Positions 51,114 to 63,246 of a stretch of 64,000 nt of DNA are shown one piece after another. Under the pieces are notes generated by a model. That model was not told the origin of the DNA. It ran no database searches and worked only from the letters and a program-made list of their open reading frames with translations. The stretch's first letter is position 1. Each line of letters opens with the position of its first letter. The translations under genes and the position numbers were made by a program. The stretch covers positions 13,215,081 through 13,279,080 of the forward strand of contig CM119267.1 of NCBI GenBank assembly GCA_051294375.1, read 5' to 3'. Source of the DNA: Paraspadella gotoi. Lineage: Eukaryota > Animalia > Chaetognatha.

Positions 51114-54100
51114 CGTTCAAAGATAATGCGTAAAAACTAAAACAAAAAATATGAAAACATTAACAAAAACAAAAAATATAAAGCATAAATGAAAACATGA
51201 GAGCAAAAACAAATAAAATAAAACATTATAAAAGTGTTTAATATTCAAGGTTTTATTTTATAAAAAATCATAAGTATTTAATGTACAGTGTATAACTTAT
51301 ACCTAAAATGTATAATTATAAGGTGTTAAAGTAAAGGGCAGAAGGACCACAATGCTATTAATAGAAATAAACAAACTATAATCAATATATATATATATAT
51401 AAGGCGGATCTCTGACGTATAATTTTTCTTCAAAATATTTTACCTCCCGATTTTTCTTTGCCCTCTGTACTTTTCTTTATTTCACAAGAGCAATTGATTA
51501 TAAATATTCGGGATCAATTTTTTCAATTTATCAAAAAATAGCCAATCGCGATCTGTGATTGGTCAATATCGGTCACGTGACCTTAAAATTTTTGTATTTT
51601 AAAGGTTTTTTAAGTGAAAAAAATTTATTTGGAATGAATTTTCACACAAAATTGACAAGATTTTAAACATATCAACGAGAGTAAAACAGTTAGAATAAAA
51701 AAAGTGACTGAACAAAGCAAAGAAGTCAATTCATCAACAAGGCTCCAAGACTCCAAGTTGTCAAAATACTAATTTGATAAATGTCTATGAATGAGTTTTC
51801 ATATACTTCATTGTAATTCCATATATTATTATAATAATGTCAACTGGAGTTTAGCCCAACAATGGCCAGCGCCGCAACTTTCATTGTTTTAATTTTGCTT
51901 CCCAAATCAGATTCAGACTCTTTATTGATGTAGGAAAACAAAACTTGAAAAACTTGACAAAGCCAATTTCTATCCTTGGAAAAAGAAATTAAATTAGCCA
52001 AAAACGTTGAATGAAAAATATCTTATTTTGACCTTCATTTGATTCAACTGCAAATGAAAAACCCGAAAATACCCCTGTTACATCTTTCTCTCTCTCTCTC
52101 ACTCATGACATAGATCCACTAGGAGTCCAGTAAAATTGATTTTGTATCAGGCATAAACTATCTTTCTCTCTATATTTTAAAAACATCTGGTGAAATGATA
52201 GGACATATAAGGAATAATAACAGGGTCTCACAAGTTAATTACAATTAAAAAAAAAGATGCAAAGTTAATAACCAATATTGAACCTTATCTCCCATTCGAC
52301 TTATTAACTATACATGAAAAATTTTATGCATTGCCCTTCTTAATTTTTCATATCTCTCTCTTTTTCACTCAATTATGAGTTCACGCTAATATTTTTGTTT
52401 GTGGTATTTGATTCGCTCGTACTACATTTTACTATTTTTTATTATATTTCAACCTCAGTTTTACGGGATTTTATGGCCTTTATTGTAAAAAATTGAACCT
52501 GTCTGAATTTCGCAACCTTGTATTCATCAATCGCCTATCAATCGGCTAAATTTCTGAATCTAGCGCCGTTATAATTCCACGTTAAACTTAAAGGTTCTTT
52601 AATGCTCGATTGTGAAGCAAAAAAAATACTTCACAATCTATGAAATAATAATTTTTTTTTTTATTCAATTAATTTGGCCATTATAAATTTGGGATAGAGA
52701 AGAAGATAAAGAGGGAAAGAGTAAACAATTTTGAATTAAATTGATGTTTCTTAATCTCATTTGCATATTAAAATTTGCATATTGTAAAACATGCCTAATG
52801 TGTATAATAGTTATAATAAATTAGTTTCATATTTTCATTCTAGTTCATGACCTGTAACGAAATAACCTAGAGGTAAACCTTAACTCCTTACTCGATCCAC
52901 CTTAATGAACACCTTTCTCGGCGCGTATGATTTCACAGCCACTATCTTCAAGAATTTTATCAAAATACGAGTTTGGGAGCTGAGACATAGTTCCCTTACA
53001 GGCACCAAAAACCGAATCCAAGTTCCCTGCTTCCTTGAGCGGCGTTGACGTAATGGACCCTTTTCGTCTGACCATGATACGTAATTTCGAGGGAAAAGGT
53101 TTTGAGAATTCCGCGGTCCTAGCATCTCCCGTCAAAACATTGAAGGAGCCGCGATTGAAGTCACGCATTAATTGGATATCTGCCCGATGCGCCAGAAAGA
53201 TCGAGTTCAAACTTCCTGTTGAAGCAGAAGGTATTAGTTAACCTTTATGGAGACGGATTCGGTTTCAGTATACTTGCCTGTTTAACCTCTTATCAAACAG
53301 AAGGGAAACGAAGTTGCTTTTGGATTATAATAAAACCAGTTTTGGGTCGTCTATAAACAAAAGAGCTTAACAGTATAACGGTTAGGACATCGGACAGTCG
53401 CACGGTAGGTCGCTGGTTCGAATCCAGTGAGGTAAGAATTATTTACTATGTACAGTAGCATCCGTCTAGAATTTCTGAGACGGCAAGCTCTGTAACAAAT
53501 GATACTTTGAAAGCGAGTTTTTGTCTTGTTATACAGTACTCATACGGGTAATCCCCCTTCGGTAAGCCATTGCTCTACGACCACTTTTGGGACATAGCAG
53601 TTTACTGTAATGTTTACTTTGAGTGGGATTCGAATCCTGCCATCCCATTCCGCGTCGAAGTCTTAGCTTTTAACCGCTTTGCCATCTCGTTATTTAAATA
53701 AAAAAAGCTTAAAAAACCCTAATATAAATTTTTTTTTTTTCTCTTTTTATGCCAACCAAAAACTTTATTCTCTTTTTGAAACGATTTCATTTTTTCATTC
53801 TCTCAATCATTAGCCTATTTATTAATATTGATACAATAGGCGACGATGTATAAAAACAGTTTCAGTTGTTTCACAATAAACAACAGGTTAAAAACACTTA
53901 ATAAAACACTTTAAAAGTGTCGGGAAGAAACTTTCGTGAAGATTCATCATCGCAGGATTCGCCCCTAACAAAAGCAACGTGAAAATGTTTGACATCGCGG
54001 CTTAACAACGAGAAAACTGCCTTTTCCTAAATTTNNNNNNNNNNNNNNNNNNNNNNNNNCAAACATTAAAAATAAGCCAGATATTCGCTTTCTTCTTCGA

Positions 54101-55391
54101 CGTTCCGTCGCGAATCAGAAAACTTGAGACTCGGATGTCAAAATCTCTGCCGTCAGACGTTAAGCCGTCCTGCCCCTACGGCGATGCCCACACCTAAGCC
54201 ACTGCAAACGCCAATACAATGATGTTTCATATAACCTATTCAGAGAACGATTTCAAACACACATTTTTTTTCTGGCTGCACACTCTGCGCCATGCTAACT
54301 TTCATCATGTCTTACATAGGGATCGTTCATACCAAATTTCAATAAATTTGGTCTAGTAGTTTTCTCGGAACGAGAAAAAAGGGGTCCCTAATTTTATAAT
54401 GTGAAGCCTTCTGGATTTATCTCAAGTCTCGCCAAATTACGACTCCGAGACCAGCAAGATAACCAGAAGACGATTTGGCTGAACGCATGTTAACATTAAT
54501 GAATTTTTTGTTTCCTCAAAAAAATTAAAAGAGAACCTACAGCTTTATATAATTTAATCTGAACTAAATTTTTGAAAATCATTTGGTCGAGTGCTTAGTG
54601 CGCCGGATTTCAACGTTCAAATCAAGGTTCAAATCTGGCTGAAGTTTTTTTTTACCATAAGTTCTTATGTCCCAAAATTGGTCGTAGAGCAATGGCTTAC
54701 CGAAGGGGGAGTAGCCATATGTGAACTCGATATCAAGACAAAAGCTCTCTTTCAAATTATCATTTGTACTCGAGTTACAGAGCTTACCGTCTCAGAAATT
54801 CTAGACGGATTCTAAATGTATAATAATTATTAGGAGACTCGAAATAAAGAATATAACATTACTGTTAATTAGTAACTTAATTAAAATTGATTCGGATTAT
54901 TATAAAAGTAATTACAATTATTTAGGCGCCAGGAACAAAGGCTACACGCCCCCTAGATAAAATTGGGGGAAATATATTTCGTGTAATTTTGTCTAAGAAT
55001 AAAAATATGCCTTTGTTTACATTTTGTACAATTGTATAACGAGTAAAAGTAAAAATCGATAAGATTAAAATGAAAAGAAACTGTAACGGAAATTGAAAAA
55101 GAATTTGGGATCTGTGTTAATTCACAGATTCAGTCGAGTTAGTATTTATTACTAACAGATGATTGGAGTAGAGAACAGTAACGATTAATTAAACTTGGTG
55201 ATCGATTGGTGATAAAACAATTTTAGATTAATTGGTGATAATAGGATGATTAACGATTTTAATTAATTGGTGATAATAATTTAGAATTTGATGATTAGAG
55301 TAAAATTGAAATTTAAAATTTTGGTACAAGTGAAAGTTCGATCGAATAAAAGTTAGTGAAAGGAGAGATTGTTTTAAAATCACTGACCCGT

Positions 55392-57295
55392 TCAGGTTGT
55401 GTGTCGAAGCTGTTGCTTGTCGTCGAGTTGCTGCAGCATATGTGCTAATCCTGCAGCATACGATGGACGAGTTGGATTGACGTCGATCGTTGAAATTTGC
55501 TTTTTCAGGCGTGGGTTTTGAGAAGATTTGAGGGGGCGGAGAGGGGGAGGGGGTGGAGTTCGCATCGTGTCGCCCGCGAGATCTTCTTGGTTGAGATCTG
55601 GTTCAGATTCGGAATCGTTATGTTCAATATTCGTTTCTTTATCTTGATTTTCCCGTTTGTTTATTTTATTGTTTACGTTTTGACCCGGTTTGTTTATTTT
55701 TTGTTTTAATGGGGGAAAATCGAGGGGAGAGAAGTAGTTTGGGGTCGGGGGTGGAGCGGGGGAGGTGGGGGAAGAAGTTGACGAGTTCTCCGCCGCTCGA
55801 GAGCGAAGGATTCGCGTTGATGGAGTCGGGAATCGGCTACGAATTCCGGGGCAACGGCCCGGAGGAGGAGGAGAGGGAGGCGGAGACGGCGTCCTGGGAG
55901 GGCTGGCGGCGCCGTCGGCGCCGTTATCGGCGTCGTCAGCTTTGTATGCTGGTTTAAGGCGGGAAATGGATACACTTTCGTTGCCTCGTCCGGGAATCTC
56001 GATTCTAAAAGTCAATTGATCGCGGCTGATGACGCGATAAGGTCCAAGTAAAGGCGCCGAGACGGACGGGGCCACGCCTCCTCGACGAACGTAGACGTGA
56101 GAGGCGTGGCGTAGAGCGTCAGGTAGATGTATACGAGGTTGACGATGAGTAGCAGTCGGCACTGGCTGAAGTCGAGCGACCTCGAGACGTAGGTTGGCGA
56201 GTGTGCGACGCCGCTGGCTTCGCTCGTCAGCGTCACTTCCGGTTTGAGCTGAAATTAAGTCGCCGGGGACTGCGATTGGTTCTCCGTAGACAAGCTCGGA
56301 TGGAGAAGCTCGGCCGGAGAAGCGCCGACGTCGGGTTTAAGAGTCGTACGAATGGCGACAAGGGCGCACGGAAGGCGCCAATACCAATCGCCTTGAGTAT
56401 CGGCGCCGAGAGCGACGAGAGCTTCCTTTAAACGTCGATGAAATCTTTCGACGAGTCCATTCGATTGAGGATGGTATGCCGTAGTTAGATTGTGTGCGAT
56501 TCCCCATGACGATAATAGTTGTTTCCAAGTTGAGGACAGAAATTGGGGCCCCGCGGTCGGTTGTTACTGTCGCCGGGATGCCGAAGGAGCTTATCCATCC
56601 GTGGACGAAAGCGTCGGCGACAGTTTTAGCGGCGATAACCTTCATTGGAACTGCGATAGGCCATCTGGTGAATCGATCTACGGCGGTGAGGATGTAATTA
56701 TATCCGTTTGAAATTGGGAGAGTCATGATGTCGACATGTAGATGATTAAAGCGGCGCTCGGGGAGTTCAAAAGTGCCGATATCCGGCACCGTATTACGCG
56801 TGACCTTCGAGCGCTGGCAGTCGTGACATTCGCGGGCCCATTTCGACACGTCGGCGCGCATTGAGGGCCAGACGAATTGCTCGCTGACCGCTTGTCGAGT
56901 CCTCTCGACGCCGGGATGTCCAAGGTTATGGATGGTGTTAAAAACACGTTGGCGCCAAGAGAAAGGGACGAACGGGCGAGGAGGTCCATTGCTTATGTCG
57001 ACGACTATTGAAGTTTCGCCGATGGGGATTCGGCAGAATCGGAGGCCCGAGTTTGAATCGCTGGAGATGCGTCGATACTCTGCGTCCAGAGGTTGGTCGA
57101 CGGCCATCTTCTCGAGGTCGATGCCATGTTGAAGAATCGACGAGACCAGCTGGTTGAAGCTATGCTGCTTTTCCTCGGGAATCTCCTTGTCGATTGACGA
57201 TACGATTGGGATGGTTTTGGGATTGGGAGCAGAGAGAGAAGGGAAGAGAGATTGGGGAGTAGGGGAAGGGGAAGGGGGAGAAGGAGGAGGGTTTG
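55392..57295 (-). pseudogene. Ty3/Gypsy pol 3' fragment: integrase (HHCC, DDE, GPY), frameshifted
   Basis: HNLGHPG...CHDC zinc finger; HVDIM, AVDRFTRW and TDRG; TAYHPQSNGLVERFHRRLK in another frame; LGPYRVISR and a Pro-rich tail; 5' end fused to a HINE-B copy. Confidence 0.93.
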
Positions 57296-58018
57296 GATCA
57301 GCTTCTTTGTGACGTCGTCGTCACGTTTTTTCTTATATAGTTTTGACTGGGGCTTATATTTTTTTTTAAATAAAAATTACTACGAATTACGATGGATTTT
57401 TATAAAAGTATGCGATCATAGTAAGTTAAAAATTTAGATATGGCTTCTCATCATTAGGATCTTTGCAATTGTTATGTTTCATATGGATTCAAATATTTTG
57501 AGTTTGAATTTCTTTTTCATAAGGATTTACTGCTATATGCAAATTATAATATAATATTCTATATACTAATTTGCATATTATAGTGAGTAATTATAAAATA
57601 ATATTCTATATACTAATTTGCATATTATAAAGAGTAATTTGCATATTGCAGTATATCATAATGAGAAAAAAATTCAAACAAAAAATACGAAACATGATAA
57701 TTGCAAAGATCTTAAAGATGAGAAGCTATATCTAGATTGTAATACAAATAAAAATACACACTTTTTTTGTCTTTCTTTTTTATTTCTTTATTTCTTTCTC
57801 CTTTTCTTCTTCTTCCTCATATATCTTCAACATATCGACCTTTTCTTCGTCTCTCTTTCTTTCTCTTTCTCTCTCTTTCTTTCTCTCTCTCTCTCACTCA
57901 TATACGCATTTGTTGTTTTATTGACGATGAATCATCACTCATCGCGTCAATGAATGACTATCATCGCATCATTCATTTGGTTATCATCGCATCAATATTT
58001 GGTTATCATCGCATCATC

Positions 58019-58142
58019 GGCTTACGGCCGTCCTCACGCTTCCCGCAGGTTGGGATTGAACCCGGTACCGAGTGGTCATGGGCTGAGGGCTTTACTCAAT
58101 GAGCCACCGGGGCGAGGTGAACCTAGGCAATGCCCGACTACA
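58019..58142 (-). mobile_element. Truncated copy of the tRNA-bearing LTR-like element (duplicate of 45840-45963)
   Basis: Same sequence and flanks as 45840-45963. Confidence 0.7.
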
Positions 58143-58189
58143 AATATATTGCTCAAATAAAAATAATATGAGTTTTCCTCACAAAATGA

Positions 58190-59380
58190 TGTTAATCACC
58201 AATACTCATACCGCATATACGATGACTCTCAAGCAAGAATGGAGGATGTAATTGAACATCTGAGGTATCGGAAAAACTTTCCCAGAACAAAGAATACAGT
58301 GAACTTTTTAGTGGAATCTTCATCTATCAAAAGTTGATGATAGAATCCGGCTGAGAAATCTAATCACCACTGGCAATTTTCCTCCTGAACTCTTCCATTT
58401 CTGGTAGTGGGAAGTGATGAGGCATTAGAGCTTGATTCATTTTTCTGTAATCAACCACCATTCGGCTCTTGGTGACCTCTCTCGTCTCTGTAGCAACATA
58501 TCTGGTCTCCAGAAAAATATGTTTGACAACCAACTATCATTTGAATTATTTACCTTGTTTGCGAAGCTTGTCAATATGCAGCATGATATAGGGAATCTTT
58601 GCGTCAGAATGTTTTCTCACTTTATCCTTCATGGGAATGTCCGTTGAAGATTTGAGATTGATTTGATTCATTCTCACTCCAGTGAAAGTTTCAGGTTTCT
58701 CCACATTTTAAAAGACATTACAAAAGTCCCAGACCAAAGATCTGACCTTCTCCTGATCACTGTCATTACTGCATCAGAAATGCTTCTCTGTCCTCCCAAC
58801 TAGTACAAGTTGCCCCTTTTTATCTCTCCTTTACAACATCAACAAGAAATGATCTTTCACAAGAATTGCCTTGCTTGATAGATCAAAATAAACTGCGCGA
58901 AAGTGAATGTCAGTTAGCATGTCAGATGACAAATTGTTTTGCTCTCCAATACATAGAAGAAAATAGAACAGCTTTACTTTTCTCATTGAGAGGTTACCGC
59001 TTGAAGCTCAACCAACTCCTCCCCAGAGACTATGTGAAATACAGCAGACTGAATCCAATGACTCTTTTTCTTCATGTTGAATAACCTCACCCAAAATCTT
59101 TCAGAACAAATTCTTATTTTGTTTCATTGATAACTCGAATTCTGTAAGTCTTTTGACTTTCCACAAAACTGATACCCGGACTCATCAGCTTGTTAGTGGG
59201 CTCATCATAGAATGACAAAAATGAATGCTTTCCCTATTAGTTCCCGGTCTTGTAAGCTTCCACCCATGTAATGCTTCTTGGATGAATGTGTCGTTTCTTA
59301 CTACAACGCATGTGTTGAAGGCCTGAATCTCCCAGCAATTTGACGATGTTGCTGATAAGATCCATAAGTTGAACTTATGG
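58190..59380 (-). pseudogene. Degenerate Ty3/Gypsy-like pol fragment (N-terminal RT)
   Basis: Hand translation gives HIDKLRKQG, SWLSNIF, SRMVVDYRKMNQALMPHHFPLPEMEE and LDFSAGFYHQLLIDEDSTKKFTVF; stops and frameshifts; no YxDD seen. Confidence 0.8.
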
Positions 59381-59389
59381 AGTAGAGTT

Positions 59390-59664
59390 TGTAGTCGGGC
59401 ATTGCCTAGGCTCACCCTGCCTATAATGACACTTTCAGTTGTTACCGGTGGCTCATTGAGTAAAGCCATCAGCTCATGACCACTAGGTACCGGTTCAATC
59501 CCAACATGGTACCTGCCCTGCGGGAAGCATGAGCCGTAAGCCGCCTTGGGGGCGTGGCAAACCCTCAAGCCTGTTTACAAGCCCAGGACATGTTCCATGG
59601 CTGCTAGAGGGGGTTATAGAAGTTACGGATAGTCATCATCAGCCCACTTATCGCTTTATTCACA
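59390..59664 (+). mobile_element. Solo-LTR-like element with tRNA-derived internal segment, copy 2, complete
   Basis: TGTAGTCGGGCA...TTTATTCACA flanked by AGTT/AGTT (59386-59389, 59665-59668); tRNA-like 59441-59513 with box A TGGCTCATTGAG (59449), CTCATGA loop (CAT), box B GGTTCAATCCC (59492). Confidence 0.8.
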
Positions 59665-59990
59665 AGTTTCCTTAACCGTTAATTTTTCTAAAATGTCAGT
59701 TAACCGTTAAAATCTACTTTTGTAACCGTTAATGGTTAAAATCAGTTAATTTAGTAACTTAAGAAATTTGGTATTATAAATGCGCAAAAGAAGGAAAAAC
59801 AATTAAACCACTTTTTTTCTCATTTGATTGATCCAGTTATTATTTTACTTTTCACATGGTCTAATTTTAATTAGATGCGAGATGACCCCAATGTTTCCAG
59901 ACGAGAGAAACCGTCCGTCTTTTTTCCAATCAGTAAACATTTTTACTAAATAAAAATCTTTAAAAAAACGCGAGTCTGATTTGTTTTAAG

Positions 59991-60846
59991 AACAAGTTTG
60001 AGCAAACATGTTGGATCTGCCCACGATCATTAGCGGTAATTAATTATTTTTTTAATACAAACTATATAAACTAAAATAATCATTTAATTAATAAATTAAT
60101 TGATTATATAATTAATTTATAAATAAATTGATTATTGAATAATTAATTAATAGATAATCAATTATTCAATCAATCAATTTATTTAGTTATCTATTAATTA
60201 ATTATTCAATAATCAATTTATTTAGTTAAGTAATTATTTATTAATTAATTGACTAATTGATTAATTAACTGATTATTTGATTAATTAATACATCTTGCAT
60301 TTACATTTAATATAAAAAGAAAAAAGAATAATCAATTAGTGAAACAGGTTTTTTGTTTTTTTTCATTAAAACTCATTTCCACTAGGACGATTCCATCGAA
60401 ACTTGATTTCCAGCTTAATCACACACTTTCCTACCCACATACACAATTTTTCAGTCAATCACCCCATCCACTCATGAATAATGGACATTGAAATAGTGAA
60501 ATAGATTTTTTTTGGTTTTTTCCATTTAAACTTTTTTCCACTCGCACGATTCCACCGAAATTTCATATCCAGCTCAATCACACACTTCCCTACCCACACA
60601 CAAAATTTCATTCCAATCCATTAATCCAATCACGAGTAATTGGAGTTTTTGCTAATGTGGGACGGACGGACAGACGGACAGACAGACGGACGGACAGACA
60701 TCTTTTTTTTTGCAAATTTATCATAATTCGATGTTCTGACATGATATAAGAGAATGCCCGACAAGATTTAGGGGGCGGACCGATGGACCGACAAAGTGAA
60801 TTATAGACCTATAGACTCGAATTATAGAGTCGGAATCTGCTGATAA
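59991..60846 (-). mobile_element. HINE family A
   Basis: AACAAGTTTGAGCAAACATGTTGGATCTGCCC, two internal units, GGAC/AGAC microsatellite 60659-60700, ATTATAGAGTCGGAATCTGC; extreme 5' end degenerate. Confidence 0.8.
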
Positions 60847-62012
60847 AAATTTAAGGATCCAATATTTCTTTACAACTACTTGCGTTAGAATAAAGCCAGG
60901 AAAATCTTACTTTAAATCTGATGTCCTTTTGTTTAATCGCAAAGGCACTAAAAAAAATTGGAACAGGCTGTCGCAAAGCGTAGTTTTTAAGATTTTCTCT
61001 CTTTTATATGCCGAAAGTTTAATTTGTGATAGCGAATAATCCGAGGATTTTCTTGGGGGCAAAAAAAATTTAATTCAGAACCAGCGCTGAACCCCAAGTG
61101 GAGGATGAAATTTATATTATAGTAACTAGTAAGAAAATAATTCGAGATCAAGTGAAAAATGAACGCAAATTTATTTCGGTAATATCATCGAGGGAATGCG
61201 CGCAGGACTAAAATTACAATGACTATTATAATCATATGAACCACTTTGTTATGAAATCTAAGAATTCGAATGAAGGAATGAAATTTTATGCCTGTAAAAT
61301 TATTTATATTTTTGCAATTCAAGAGAAAAACTCGGCTTCGATCTTCAATGACTTTCGTCTTTCCAGCGAACTCCGTCCAGTGGATATGTCACCGTGAGGC
61401 CGGTACAGTTAAAACTAAAAATGCGCTTTGACTGGCAATTTACTAGATGGGAATTTTGTACCTTACTCCTTAGACAACTATACGGATGGAGGGGAGAGAG
61501 TGAGGGGGGAGAGAGAGAGACATGGATTTTCTAATTCTTTTGGATTTATGAGGCTCGTGAGACGCTTCGCCACGCAGACCACAGACCATGGGAACCGAGA
61601 AAATCGGAAACAACTTCTCCCTATTTGTTTTTAGTTATGTTATATCCGAGGCCAAAAGGAAACCGGCAAATTGGAGAGATGGAAGGAATATTCACCATTT
61701 ATTAGGTCTCGAGGGCAGAAGAAGACCTTAAATAGACGAAGGCAATTCCGCGAAACATCCAAACAAACGCAGATACATGGCATCTTCGACGATTGAGCCG
61801 GCGTCAATTTTTAGATTTTAATGGCAAGATCCAAGTTAAATTATTGGATACCAAAGCGCTCCATTCCTTCCCGGTATTAAATTACTTTTTATGGCAAATG
61901 CAAACACATGTTTTTCACTGAATTTCATTGTGTAACCCTTTCTTTTCGTTGTGTTATAGAGATTTACAAAGAATTGTATTCGGGTTTGTTTAAAACGATT
62001 TTTATTTTAAAT

Positions 62013-62055
62013 TGCGTACATGTTTCGACTCTAAACATTTCGAGTCTTCAGCGCG
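62013..62055 (-). ncRNA. Degenerate minimal type I hammerhead-like motif (Penelope-like-element type)
   Basis: Minus strand GCG-CTGAAGACTC-GAAATGTTTA-GAGTC-GAAAC-AT-GTA-CGC; the core GA overlaps stem II, so 2-3 nt appear to be missing. Confidence 0.5.
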
Positions 62056-63032
62056 AAAAACAGTTTTGAATTTGCAAAGAAAAAATTGATTTAAAGAAAA
62101 GTGTGAGAGATACAGAGAGACAGAGAGAGAGGGCAAGATAAAAGCTTCGAACAAAGAATTGAGAAGATAATTAATTTTTTAATATTTATTTATAGATAAA
62201 AAAAGGCTAAAAAATTTTTGAGAATTTTTGCTCATAAAAAGTTGTCTGCAGAAAGTATAATTCTTTTTTAAATGTGAGGTCAAAAAGAGAGAAACTGTAA
62301 AAAAATCGTCATTATCATCTTTCGATGATTTTATTAGTTTTTTTATATTTTCATTTGGAAAAAGTAAGAATTTTTAAAAGCTGTAATTATATTTTTGTTT
62401 AACTTTTAATCCATCAAAAAAATTTTAGATTTCAAAATTATTTTTTCTTTATTTAGTAATATAATGATTTTAATTAGTCTCGTACTGTCATAAAAAAGCA
62501 TTTTTGACAAAAAATATTTTAATACCATAATCTATGCTTATGATAGATTATTTTAACGTTGTATACATTAGCATTTAAATTGCATACGCTATGGCTACTC
62601 TTAGGAAAATCTTTATAACATAGAAACTATCCTATCTAGAATTTTGCGAATTGGTGTACAACAAAAGTCAGGTATTTTTCTATTAGAATAAAAATATTTT
62701 ATGTTCAATTGCTCTTCGTTTCGATTATATTAGAAGTATTACTCCAGTTGAATATAATATAAAAATATTGTTTTTTCTTTCATTTCGTTGCGTTATTTGT
62801 TTGAGGTGGAAAATGAATTTGGTTTACGTACGTACGAGTTTTATTAAGAAATATAAGTTTCGGTCATATTTCTCGTACGTAAACAAACAATTCATTTTCT
62901 ACCTCAAATATAAAAAGGGTAACTTTTACTTTGGCCGACCGCGGTTTTGGCGGCTTTCGAAAAACTACTAATATTTAAAAAAAATCTAATTAACCTAACC
63001 CTCAACCCTCCCCACTAAAGCGGGCCAAAATT

Positions 63033-63246
63033 CAACCGTTCATCAGTGGCCATTGGTGCCAGAGGCAAGTCATTCGCCTCCCAACCTAAAGGTCCAGGGT
63101 TCTAGCCCAGTGGCCGCCTAGCAGTTAAGAGAGACGGGGCACTTAACCCGCCTGTAACACGGTGTTACAGCCTGATCCGAAGCTCAGGGACTGCTTATAT
63201 TGAACGGTTCTGTCACTAACATATAACAATAATTACTGTCTCTTCA
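63033..63246 (+). mobile_element. tRNA(Gly)-like SINE, family G, independent insertion
   Basis: Head GTGGCCA-TTGGTGCCAGAGG...TTCGCCTCCCA...GGTTCTAGCCC-AGTGGCCGC with box A/B-like motifs and paired acceptor-like ends; body ends CTGTCTCTTCA; flanks differ from the other copies. Confidence 0.75.

Larger units (their letters stand above)
29562..59500. repeat. Large direct duplication block (about 29562-34265, 34268-35566, 35787-47339, 47676-59500)
   Basis: Identical ORF translations at offset 11889 (35921/47810, 36477/48366, 36951/48840); several junctions lie at or near N runs. Confidence 0.9.

Noticed and set aside
59615-59650. CTGATGA/CTGAAGA on the minus strand near the end of the tRNA-bearing LTR
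   Set aside because: No stem II and no GAAA in either copy
61380-61860. Possible coding fragment (PANWRDG, weakly LINE RT-like)
   Set aside because: Short, interrupted by stops, no second supporting motif
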